This document shows, piece after piece, positions 19,842-28,829 of a stretch of DNA of 64,000 nt (position 1 is the stretch's first letter; every line of letters begins with the position of its first letter). Source of the DNA: Paenibacillus phytohabitans (GTDB lineage Bacteria > Bacillota > Bacilli > Paenibacillales > Paenibacillaceae). Location of the stretch: positions 39,922 to 103,921 of the forward strand of contig NZ_WHOB01000082.1 in assembly GCF_013141775.1 (NCBI RefSeq), given 5' to 3'. The notes under the pieces are model-generated. The model had not been told where the DNA came from, did not search any database, and saw only the letters and a program-made list of their open reading frames with translations. The position numbers and the translations under genes were made by a program.

Positions 19842-21034
19842 TGCAGCCTACCAGTAGAGTGAGCCTGGACGCCAAGTCCTTTGAGGCCCTGAAACGTACG
19901 ATTAAGAATGTGGTGGTCCCGCACAGGGAACGCAAGCTAGATCCAGGGTTCAAAACCGTTATGCCGGAGATTATGTCCCTGAAGCTGACCAACCGCTGTA
20001 ATCTCCGCTGCAAGCATTGCTACCAGTGGAATGAATCCGGCTATCATCATGATATGGACACCGCCGAGCAGAACCTCGATATGGATGTGGAGATGATCCG
20101 GAGGCTGCTGGAGGAGACGGATGAAGCGCAGTCCCGCCTGTATTTATGGGGCGGCGAGCCGCTGTTTCACCGGGATACCAAGCAGATTCTGGAGCTCCTG
20201 CAAGAGCATCCCCGGGACACCACGATCTGTACCAATGCCTATCTGATTCCTAAGTATGAAGAGGAGCTGTGTGCAATCTCCGACAACCTGGAGCTGCTGA
20301 TTCCGATCGAGGGGTTCGAGGCGGAGCATGATTTGCTGCGCGGCAAAGGTTCCTTTCAGAAGGTGATCGAGAGCGTCGAACGGCTGCTCGAGCTGCGCAG
20401 GCAAGGCCGCTTCCGCGGCCGGATCTCTGTGCACAATGTGATTAATGACAATATGATCGGCAGATTGTATGAGCTGGTGGAGTTTTTTGAGCACAAGGGC
20501 GTCGATCTGGTACTGCTCTGCTTCCCGTGGTATATCTCTGCGGACACCAGCCTGGAAATGGACCGGTTCTACGATGAGCACTTCCAGTGGCTGGCGGAGC
20601 TTCCGCCGGATCACCGGAGCAGCTGGCATGCCTTCAAATACCATATCAAACCGGAGAATGTCACAAGGCTGACCGAAGACCTGAAGCGGATCAACAGCAA
20701 CACCTGGCATAATACCCGAATCCGTTACCAGCCGGGGCTCGACTTTGATGAAATCGAGGATTTTGTGGCGGGCAAGCCGATGCTCTCCCGCAGTACATCG
20801 AAATGTCTGGCGCTCAGTACCCGGGTGGATATTGCTCCGAACGGGATGGTGAGTGCCTGCAAATTTTTTGGCGAGCTGGCCATTGGCAATGTGAAGGAGC
20901 AACCGCTGACGGAAATATGGAATTCAGCCCGCTACGACAGGCTGCGGCGGATTCTGGATGAAGGCTTGTCGCCGGCCTGCTCCAAATGCAATGTGCTGTA
21001 CCTGAATACCTATGCTGCCCTGACGCATGTATGA
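19841..21034 (+). CDS. Radical SAM enzyme with a C-terminal SPASM/twitch auxiliary-cluster domain.
   Basis: 'CNLRCKHCY' CxxxCxxC motif. C-terminal Cys-rich 'SACKFF...CSKCNV'. Start overlaps the upstream stop (TAATG). Confidence 0.8.
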   Translation: MQPTSRVSLDAKSFEALKRTIKNVVVPHRERKLDPGFKTVMPEIMSLKLTNRCNLRCKHCYQWNESGYHHDMDTAEQNLDMDVEMIRRLLEETDEAQSRLYLWGGEPLFHRDTKQILELLQEHPRDTTICTNAYLIPKYEEELCAISDNLELLIPIEGFEAEHDLLRGKGSFQKVIESVERLLELRRQGRFRGRISVHNVINDNMIGRLYELVEFFEHKGVDLVLLCFPWYISADTSLEMDRFYDEHFQWLAELPPDHRSSWHAFKYHIKPENVTRLTEDLKRINSNTWHNTRIRYQPGLDFDEIEDFVAGKPMLSRSTSKCLALSTRVDIAPNGMVSACKFFGELAIGNVKEQPLTEIWNSARYDRLRRILDEGLSPACSKCNVLYLNTYAALTHV

Positions 21035-22044
21035 AGAACGGGTGTGATCAGCCTGCCTATAGGCTCGGTATCCTGGGTGCCTCGAATATTGCTGTACCCG
21101 CCATGCTGGAGCCAGCGCGGGTTGTGGAGAAGGTGCGGATAGCTGCAATCGCCAACCGGACATTGGAAAAGGCAGTGAAACTGGCGGAGGCTTACCAGAT
21201 TCCTTATGTGGCGGGCAGTCTGGAGGAGCTGCTGGAGCTTGGCGGTCTGGATGGGGTATATATTGCACTCAGCAATGAGCTTCATGCAGAATGGGCATTC
21301 CGGGCATTGGAGGCGGGGAAGCATGTATTGGTAGAAAAGCCGATGTGCCTGCATCCCGAAGAAGCTGAACGGTTACGGCTGGTAAAAGAAAGCTCCGCCG
21401 CTCCGAAGCTCGCCGAAGGTCTCATGATTGCCTTCCACCCCTGGCAGCAGGCGCTTAAGTCCATAGTCGACTCCGGGCAATTCGGCCCGCTCTATAAGAT
21501 CAGTACAAGAATATCCGTACCTGCCAAGGACAGATATGCCGGGAATTACCGCAGTGTCAAGGCGAAGGGCGGAGGTGCTTTTGCCGATCTGGGCTGCTAT
21601 TGGCTGCAGTTTCTGCAGACCCTTATCGGTCTTCAGCCCAGTGAAATCAGGGCGAAGTCTGCTTTTGACGGGCCGGAGGGCTGTGATTGGACCTTTCAGG
21701 CGGCGCTGCAATATGAGAACGGTCTGGAAGCTGAATGTCTGACTTCCTTCGAGCTGCCCTTCCGGGCTTCGCATACCCTGCATTTCGCGCAGACAGTGCT
21801 GACGGTCCCGGATTTCTTCCGGCCGGTCAAAGGCTTCTACAAAATCAAAATACGGCATGATCTGCCGGACAACCGCAGCACCCTGTGTGAATTCGAGCCG
21901 ATGAACTATTATGTCAATCAGCTGGAGGCTTTCGCAGAAATAATGAGCGGGCAAAAGGCGGAGAAGCTGGAAGCTACATGGGAACGGGTACACCTGCAAT
22001 CCCTGATCATGGCCGAGGCGCAGCAGCACCGGGTTTATCTATGA
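21031..22044 (+). CDS. Gfo/Idh/MocA-family NAD(P)-dependent oxidoreductase.
   Basis: Rossmann N-terminus 'LGILGASNIAVPA' and 'GKHVLVEKPM' motif. ATGA overlap with the radical SAM gene. Confidence 0.8.
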   Translation: MKNGCDQPAYRLGILGASNIAVPAMLEPARVVEKVRIAAIANRTLEKAVKLAEAYQIPYVAGSLEELLELGGLDGVYIALSNELHAEWAFRALEAGKHVLVEKPMCLHPEEAERLRLVKESSAAPKLAEGLMIAFHPWQQALKSIVDSGQFGPLYKISTRISVPAKDRYAGNYRSVKAKGGGAFADLGCYWLQFLQTLIGLQPSEIRAKSAFDGPEGCDWTFQAALQYENGLEAECLTSFELPFRASHTLHFAQTVLTVPDFFRPVKGFYKIKIRHDLPDNRSTLCEFEPMNYYVNQLEAFAEIMSGQKAEKLEATWERVHLQSLIMAEAQQHRVYL

Positions 22045-22114
22045 AGTAGCAATCTGCCCCTGGCCCAAACGTCAAAACAGCGATTCTCCATCATCGGAGA
22101 GTCGCTGTTTGTTG

Positions 22115-22912
22115 TTAACGGTCCTGCAAGGAAGGAGGCTGCTCTATCCAAGAGCGCTCGTTGCTCACCACATAAATGCCCAGCGCCTGCTCGAAGGTAA
22201 GGCCGTGATTATAGAAAGCCAGCACCTTCGCGGCGAAGCGCATACTCTTATCTGCGCCGGGCGACTGCAGCAGCTCTGCAGCGAGCTTACGGAAGTCCTT
22301 CGGCTTAGCTTCTGCAGCCTCAACAGCATCCAGCAGCCCCTTGTGGCTTGGAAAGAGCATCCGGTTATAGGCCAGGATCATTCGCCCGCTGAAGAAGACC
22401 AGGTTGCTGGCCGTGTGAGCGAGCAGGTAGGCGTCGTTCTTCCGGGCCGCTTCTTTGGCGAAATAGAAAGCATACAGGAAGATCTGGGCGCAAAAGTCCC
22501 GCAGATTGTGTTCCCGGTTCTCTTCAGGATAGATTGGGATTCGGGCAACCAGCTCGCCCAGCTCCGGGATTCTGGAGAATAGTACATCCGATCCGGTAAA
22601 AGCATACCTCGTCGGCTCGTTGCCCCGCCCCGCGGCAAGCTCCAGGAACCGGAGGTTGATCACTTTGATATCGGCGTAACCGCCTTCATAGGTACTGACT
22701 TCCCGGTCTACGTAGGACAGCCTATTCTTCCGGTCATACTCTTCATAGGCCTCATCGGTGAATACCAGATGAACATCCACATCCGAGGTCTCCTTGGCGG
22801 TTCCCTGGGCTACCGAACCGCTGGTGATTACTGCCAGGCAGGAAGGGTCCTTCGCCTGCTTCTCCACCAGCTTCTCCAGCGTCTGTCTATGGTGCGCATA
22901 CATCTCTTTCAT
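22115..22912 (-). CDS. Pol-beta-superfamily nucleotidyltransferase (aminoglycoside/lincosamide nucleotidyltransferase-like).
   Basis: 'ITSGSVAQGTAKETSDVDVHLVF' matches the G[SG]...SD[IV]D nucleotidyltransferase signature, followed by a helical C-terminal domain. Confidence 0.6.
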   Translation of the reverse strand: MKEMYAHHRQTLEKLVEKQAKDPSCLAVITSGSVAQGTAKETSDVDVHLVFTDEAYEEYDRKNRLSYVDREVSTYEGGYADIKVINLRFLELAAGRGNEPTRYAFTGSDVLFSRIPELGELVARIPIYPEENREHNLRDFCAQIFLYAFYFAKEAARKNDAYLLAHTASNLVFFSGRMILAYNRMLFPSHKGLLDAVEAAEAKPKDFRKLAAELLQSPGADKSMRFAAKVLAFYNHGLTFEQALGIYVVSNERSWIEQPPSLQDR

Positions 22913-22984
22913 CCTCCCTTAACGTGCTCCTGCACATTAAGCGTAACCATTAGACAGCTCACCAGCTATGGTCAATTCAGACAT

Positions 22985-24649
22985 TTAGGGTTCAATTCCG
23001 TAGATCAGCTGGCCTTGATGATAAATCGTGATGTGGTCATTCGCGGCGTAGCTGATGATGGCGGGCTGGAATGAGTAGTCATTAGCCTGGTTGAGATTCG
23101 CCCAATTCGTGTTGTGAATGCGGAACTGAATATCTCCGGTTGTGCCGGAAGCTGCGAGTGAGCCAGCACCTGCCGTGAACCCGATCTCCGCATAAGTATC
23201 TGCACCTGTTCGCGGTGTAGCCAAGGGGACGATTTGCGTCAGCAATTTTTCTTTGCCGATGACCGCGTAATCAAATTCCAGGGTCTGTGCAGCATTCCCA
23301 TCTCTGTTGTACCAATAACGTATCGTAAGCTCATTCAGCGGAATAGAGGTGCCGGATTCGTTCTTCAGCTGTAGACTCGCCCGGATTGAGCCCACGGCCG
23401 TCCCCGTCTCACCGGCACGGTAGAGCAGTGTGGCATGAGGGTCGCCAGATCCGGGGCCTTCACCGGGTCCGCCAGGATCACCAATAGGGGTGAAGGTGAC
23501 CGGCTTCATAATAAGGTCCAGCATAGCCTGCTTCGGCGCATTCCAGGAGGTCCAGTCATCCAGCAGCAGTCCGCCGGTGTCTCCGCTGTTCGGATTCAGA
23601 CTCCAGTACGTCCAGTAGAGATTGTTCTGGCCGATGTAGCTTACAAGCGCATGCTGCCATTTCCCTTCCGCCGAGAGGGTATCTACGCTGCGCCCGCCGA
23701 ATTCTCCGGCAAGAACCGGGGCAATTTGTTCCTTGCTGATGTATCCCCAGGTATCATCCCACAGCTTCGGCAGATTATTGGGGAAGTCGGCAGCACTGAA
23801 CCAGGTCTGTGAGGCAACGCCGGGACCATAATCATGCGGGGAATAGACCACCCGGTCCGGTACAGTAAGCGTGACCGGGTAATTACGCACGCCTGTCAGA
23901 TTACCGCCCCACCAATAGCTGCTGGAGTTGCCCTGAACGTTGGTCTCAATGCCTTCGACAATAATGAGCCAGTTCGGATTCGCGGCGAGAATGGCATTGC
24001 CTGCCCGTTGACTGGCCAGCCGCCAGTCTGTGGCAGGATTACCTGTTCCCCAGCTTGCCGTACCATGCGGTTCGTTATGCAGGTCGGCTCCAATGACGGT
24101 AGGATTATCTGCATAGCGCTGGGCCAGCATCACCCAGTCACTGATCCAGCGGGTTTCGGGATAGGCCGCAGTATACCACAGCGCTGATTGTCCGCCGGAG
24201 TCCGGCCGGTGCCGGTCAAGGAAGATCCGGATGCCGCGGTTTCCGGCTTTCTCAATCAGTTTATCCATAATCTGCACCGGCGTAAGGCCGGCCAGATCAG
24301 GATTTTTGGCATAATCGATACTATTGGCTGCAGAGCCTGCATCGAACATCTGGTTGCAGTAGGGCAGCCGGATCAGGTTATAGCCTTCCGTCTTGATCTG
24401 GTCGAGCACATCATCCATGGAACGGGACCACAGCCCATGCGGAGAGTAATTCGCGGTTTCGAAGCCAAACCAGTTCAGTCCGTTGAATACGGCCGGATTC
24501 CCGGCGGAATCCACGATTTTGTTGCCTGAGGTGTGATAATAGCCTGCTGCACCTTCAGCCTTCACTTCATAACCCGGATACGCATAAGCACCTGCCAGCA
24601 ATATCAAAGCTGCAAACCATACACCCAACTTCCGGAACCCGAACGACAT
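22985..24649 (-). CDS. Secreted GH5 endoglucanase (cellulase) with a C-terminal CBM3 module.
   Basis: Signal peptide, catalytic 'HNEPHG' (acid/base) and 'LAGEFGG' (nucleophile). C-terminal 'LTIRYWYNRDG' CBM3 hallmark. Confidence 0.85.
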   Translation of the reverse strand: MSFGFRKLGVWFAALILLAGAYAYPGYEVKAEGAAGYYHTSGNKIVDSAGNPAVFNGLNWFGFETANYSPHGLWSRSMDDVLDQIKTEGYNLIRLPYCNQMFDAGSAANSIDYAKNPDLAGLTPVQIMDKLIEKAGNRGIRIFLDRHRPDSGGQSALWYTAAYPETRWISDWVMLAQRYADNPTVIGADLHNEPHGTASWGTGNPATDWRLASQRAGNAILAANPNWLIIVEGIETNVQGNSSSYWWGGNLTGVRNYPVTLTVPDRVVYSPHDYGPGVASQTWFSAADFPNNLPKLWDDTWGYISKEQIAPVLAGEFGGRSVDTLSAEGKWQHALVSYIGQNNLYWTYWSLNPNSGDTGGLLLDDWTSWNAPKQAMLDLIMKPVTFTPIGDPGGPGEGPGSGDPHATLLYRAGETGTAVGSIRASLQLKNESGTSIPLNELTIRYWYNRDGNAAQTLEFDYAVIGKEKLLTQIVPLATPRTGADTYAEIGFTAGAGSLAASGTTGDIQFRIHNTNWANLNQANDYSFQPAIISYAANDHITIYHQGQLIYGIEP

Positions 24650-24863
24650 CCATTTTCCTCCTCTTAGTGATTTCAGTGAGGTCAGACTTTATAGCATACG
24701 ATCCGAATGTTAACGTATTCATCTGGATTAGGATGAATTATGAATAATTGGAAACGTTTATGTTAATTCGCATTTGGGATATATTCGGAAATTGAAAAAG
24801 CACAGGGCAGCCGTAGAGCCGCCCTGTGCTAATTGCAGTTGGGGTAAGTTGGGGGAGAAGAAG

Positions 24864-26162
24864 CTATTCCTCCAACCTCCAGATATGTTTGTCCGCCCGG
24901 AACGGCAGACAAGATAATGCACCGGTGATTCCGATTACCAGGAATAGCAAAGCTGCTCCGGAGCCTTTGCCTGTTCCGACCAGTGCGACCCACAGGCTGC
25001 CTAGCGGCTGCCCTGCCATAAAGGGTTCAAACACCCTGTCTACCAATATACCGCCGCACAGATATCCCAATGGAATGGTGAAAAACTGCAAGGTATTCCT
25101 TGCCGAATAGACACGCCCCTGCATCTCAATAGGAATTGTGGAGCGGAACAGCACATCCATATTAGCGTTCATAACAGGAATGAATATCCATCCGAGGATT
25201 GCACCCAAACACCATATAGGCGTGCTTCTGCCAAAGGCAAGGAAGAAATTCTCGGTGCTCATGGAAAAAAGCAGGCAATTACAAATGACCCGGACCCGGC
25301 TTCTGGGCGGCGGCAGGATAGCAACCGAAATACTCCCAAGCATCAGGGCTATCCCTGTAACGGTGTTGACCATCCCCAGCGCCAGCTCTCCGCCACCCGT
25401 CCGTGAGAGCATCATTGCGGGCAGGGCAGCATTGAAAATGGAGGCGGTGAAATTGATCAAGGCCAAAAAAAGGATCAAATCCAGAATGCCACGGTTATCC
25501 CTGAGATACCGCAGGCCGCTTGAAGCCGATTGCAATATCGTCTCGCTATCGGTGCTGCTCCGCTTAGGAACCTGCGGGATATGGACACAGCATAGCAATG
25601 CCGTGAACGCTGTGGCAAAGGTAATCAGATCAAACAGAATCACAACCCGGACACTGGTGAAGGAAAGTATTGAAGTAGCGAGTATAGGCGTCAATATGGT
25701 AACCAGTGAGTTGGAAAAGGAACGCATTCCGCTAACCTTCTGATAATGTTGCTGCGGAGCCAGCAGGCTGATCGCTACATCCGACGCCGGCTGCTGTACA
25801 GTGTTCATTACGCCAGTCAAGGTATTAATCAGATACAGATGCCAGATCTGGAGTTTACCCATTGTCATCAGTATAAGGACCGTGACGGTACAAAGTGCCG
25901 CAAAGCTGTCACTGATCAGCATCGTAGCCTTCTTGTTCCAGCGGTCGCTCAGTGCACCTGCGAAGATACTGAGCAGCACATAAGGTGCGTAGGAACAGAT
26001 AACCAACAGAGAGCTGGTTAGAGCCGATCCATTCTGCTGATAAGACCAGATCACCAGGGCAAAGGCGGTCATTGCACTGCCCAGTGCCGAGAAGGACTGT
26101 GTAATCCATAAAATCAGGAAAGTACGAAGCTCCCTGAGGTTGACTTTGAATTTTGTTATCAT
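24864..26162 (-). CDS. MFS transporter (12 TM, EntS/macrolide-efflux-like).
   Basis: 12 hydrophobic segments, 432 aa. GAGGAG RBS. Confidence 0.75.
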   Translation of the reverse strand: MITKFKVNLRELRTFLILWITQSFSALGSAMTAFALVIWSYQQNGSALTSSLLVICSYAPYVLLSIFAGALSDRWNKKATMLISDSFAALCTVTVLILMTMGKLQIWHLYLINTLTGVMNTVQQPASDVAISLLAPQQHYQKVSGMRSFSNSLVTILTPILATSILSFTSVRVVILFDLITFATAFTALLCCVHIPQVPKRSSTDSETILQSASSGLRYLRDNRGILDLILFLALINFTASIFNAALPAMMLSRTGGGELALGMVNTVTGIALMLGSISVAILPPPRSRVRVICNCLLFSMSTENFFLAFGRSTPIWCLGAILGWIFIPVMNANMDVLFRSTIPIEMQGRVYSARNTLQFFTIPLGYLCGGILVDRVFEPFMAGQPLGSLWVALVGTGKGSGAALLFLVIGITGALSCLPFRADKHIWRLEE

Positions 26163-26470
26163 GACTCTGCTCCTCTTTCAATGAATTCTTAACGATTCAA
26201 TGAAAGTGCAAAGCCGAACGGACGAGTTCAATCCGCTCCGTGCAGTTTCGTCCGGTTCAGACTTTGCACGGAGCGTTGTCACTGCATATTCTCATATTCA
26301 TTCTCCTTCTTGATCGCTTGAAGTTACATTCACCTGGAAAGTAAATTCTTCTTTATTTTACCATATGCGAGTCGTTCCGTCTTACATGAATTAATTGGGT
26401 AAGTATGTTTCCTCCGGGATTATGATATAATTTGCTTTAATATCTTGCTATTTATAGAGAGGTTTTTAAT

Positions 26471-27460
26471 ATGATGAATAATTTCTGGCGTGAACTACCA
26501 CGCCCTTTTTTCATACTGGCACCCATGGAGGATGTGACGGATGTCGTGTTTCGCCATGTCGTAAGTGAAGCGGGCAGACCGGATGTGTTCTTCACGGAGT
26601 TTGCGAATTCAGAGAGCTATTGTCACCCGGAGGGGCACCATGCTGTGCGCGGGCGTCTGACTTATACAGAGGATGAACAGCCGATTGTCGCTCATATCTG
26701 GGGGGATAAGCCGGAATACTTCCGGCAGATGAGCATCGGCATGGCTGAGGAAGGCTTCAAGGGCATCGATATAAATATGGGGTGTCCTGTAGCGAATGTA
26801 GCCGAGAACGGGAAGGGAAGCGGCCTGATCTGCCGTCCCGAACTCGCAGCAGAGATCATCCAGGCGGCGAAAGCCGGAGGACTACCCGTCAGTGTGAAGA
26901 CAAGACTCGGGTTCACTGACCTGGGAGAATGGCGCGGCTGGTTAACCCATATTTTGCAGCAGGACATTGTGAATCTGTCGATTCATCTGCGTACCCGGGA
27001 GGAAATGAGCAAGGTGGATGCCCACTGGGAGCTGATTCCGGAGATCAAGAAGCTTCGTGATGAGATCGCACCGCATACCCTGCTGACTATTAACGGGGAT
27101 ATCCCCGACCGTCAGACCGGCCTGAGGCTCGCTGAAGAGTATGGTGTGGACGGGATTATGATCGGGCGCGGGATTTTTCAGAATCCGTTTGCGTTCGAGC
27201 AGGAGCCGAAGGAACACAGCAGTGCGGAACTACTTGATCTGCTGCGGCTGCATCTGGATCTCTATGATGAGTATTCGGAACAGAAGCCACGTTCATTCAG
27301 TCCGCTTCAGCGGTTCTTCAAAATCTATGTCCGCGGCTTCCGCGGGGCCAGTGAATTAAGAAATAACTTAATGAACACGAAGTCGACAAGTGAAGTGCGT
27401 GCGCTGCTGGAGGAGTTCGGGAGCAGGGAGCAGGACGGGGCGGACGAGCTTGGGAATTAG
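26471..27460 (+). CDS. dus: tRNA-dihydrouridine synthase (Dus family).
   Basis: '[15 protein letters not shown]' and 'DINMGCP' Dus TIM-barrel motifs. Confidence 0.9.
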   Translation: MMNNFWRELPRPFFILAPMEDVTDVVFRHVVSEAGRPDVFFTEFANSESYCHPEGHHAVRGRLTYTEDEQPIVAHIWGDKPEYFRQMSIGMAEEGFKGIDINMGCPVANVAENGKGSGLICRPELAAEIIQAAKAGGLPVSVKTRLGFTDLGEWRGWLTHILQQDIVNLSIHLRTREEMSKVDAHWELIPEIKKLRDEIAPHTLLTINGDIPDRQTGLRLAEEYGVDGIMIGRGIFQNPFAFEQEPKEHSSAELLDLLRLHLDLYDEYSEQKPRSFSPLQRFFKIYVRGFRGASELRNNLMNTKSTSEVRALLEEFGSREQDGADELGN

Positions 27461-27501
27461 ACGGCCAGGATTCTAGAATTCCGTGTGGAAGGTGGGATTA
27501 C

Positions 27502-28071
27502 ATGTCCTGGAGCAAATTGAAGCAGCAGCTGGAGGGCTTTCTCAGTCCTGCGTTAGAGGGCAGGGTAGAATACCGCGCGCCGGGTTACCGTTATCTGCCT
27601 GATAAATCGGGAATCTGTTACATCTCAGTAGACAGAAGGAACATACTCAATATGGGCGATAAAACGAACACGATCCGATGGTATCAGACAGAGCTGGAGA
27701 TTAAGAATGATCCGGAAATCCGCATTCCTGTCAGTAAGGACGACATTGAAGCGGTCAGACAAGCTGCCAAGGGACCCGTGCCGGAGGATCGCCTAATCAT
27801 AATGGCCAGAAGCAGATTAAGTACAGAGCATGCCAAAGAGCTAATGTCCGCACAGGCAACACTCGTTAAATCGAATTTCATCGTGGCCGCGAATAAGTTC
27901 CTGACTACTCCTATTGAGGAGAGCCTGGAGAGCAGGGACATGGTACTTAATATTCTTGCGCTGGTGGATCGAAGAGTCGGGAAAAAGCGGATTTTGAGTA
28001 TGACGGAGAAGATGGAGTTGAAGCATCCGGTGGTGCAGTATTTCTATGAGCTGCGGCGGGGGGCGCTCTGA
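27502..28071 (+). CDS. Hypothetical protein (189 aa). A degraded paralog fragment lies at 37340-37690.
   Basis: Good coding statistics. No motif I can name. Confidence 0.6.
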   Translation: MSWSKLKQQLEGFLSPALEGRVEYRAPGYRYLPDKSGICYISVDRRNILNMGDKTNTIRWYQTELEIKNDPEIRIPVSKDDIEAVRQAAKGPVPEDRLIIMARSRLSTEHAKELMSAQATLVKSNFIVAANKFLTTPIEESLESRDMVLNILALVDRRVGKKRILSMTEKMELKHPVVQYFYELRRGAL

Positions 28072-28136
28072 ATAGTATGCCAAAGGTTCAAGCGAGAGTT
28101 CATGCTTGAACCTTTATTATGGGAACATTGCTATGC

Positions 28137-28829
28137 TCAACGCTTGCCGGCAACCAGCATATATCCGGCCCCCCGAATCGTAAGGATTCTCTCCGGATTG
28201 ACAGGATCTGCCTCGATTTTTTTGCGTAAATTACTGATGTGTACGGCGACCGTTCTCGTATCCTCCAGACTCTTCATTCCCCAGATGAGATGAAACAACG
28301 TATCGACCGTGACGACTTGATTAACGTTTTGTGCCATATAGGACAGTAGACTGAACTCTTTCTTCGATAAAAAAATCGTTTTACTGCCCATGTTGACGGA
28401 CTGTGCGTAGAAATCCAGCGTCAAGCCCGGTAACTCCAGCAGCTGTTCCCTTCTGCCCGTCGATACTCTGCGAAGGTGAGCCTTAATCTTGGCCATGAGG
28501 ACTCCCGGACTGAACGGCTTGGTCACATAATCATCGCCGCCATAAGATAATGCGCTGATCTTCACCTCGTCTTCCTCCTGACTGCTCAGAAACACAATCG
28601 GCGCATTCGTGTAGCTGCGTGCGTTCCTACACCAGTCAATGCCGTTCTCATTAGCGAGCAGTACATCCAGTACAATCAGATCCGGATTAAACGATGCAAG
28701 CAGCAGCATGGCTTCTGTCCCGCTATGGCTATACGAGGATACGAAGCCTTCCCGTTCGCAATACGCCTGGACAATCTCACAGATATGGGGATCATCATCG
28801 ACGATCATAATTTTGTACGTGTCCATCAT
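28137..28829 (-). CDS. OmpR-family response regulator (receiver plus winged helix). Start is ATG 28829.
   Basis: 'IMIVDDD', 'DLIVLDVLL' receiver motifs and a C-terminal wHTH. Its start overlaps the kinase stop (ATGATGA). Confidence 0.85.
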   Translation of the reverse strand: MMDTYKIMIVDDDPHICEIVQAYCEREGFVSSYSHSGTEAMLLLASFNPDLIVLDVLLANENGIDWCRNARSYTNAPIVFLSSQEEDEVKISALSYGGDDYVTKPFSPGVLMAKIKAHLRRVSTGRREQLLELPGLTLDFYAQSVNMGSKTIFLSKKEFSLLSYMAQNVNQVVTVDTLFHLIWGMKSLEDTRTVAVHISNLRKKIEADPVNPERILTIRGAGYMLVAGKR

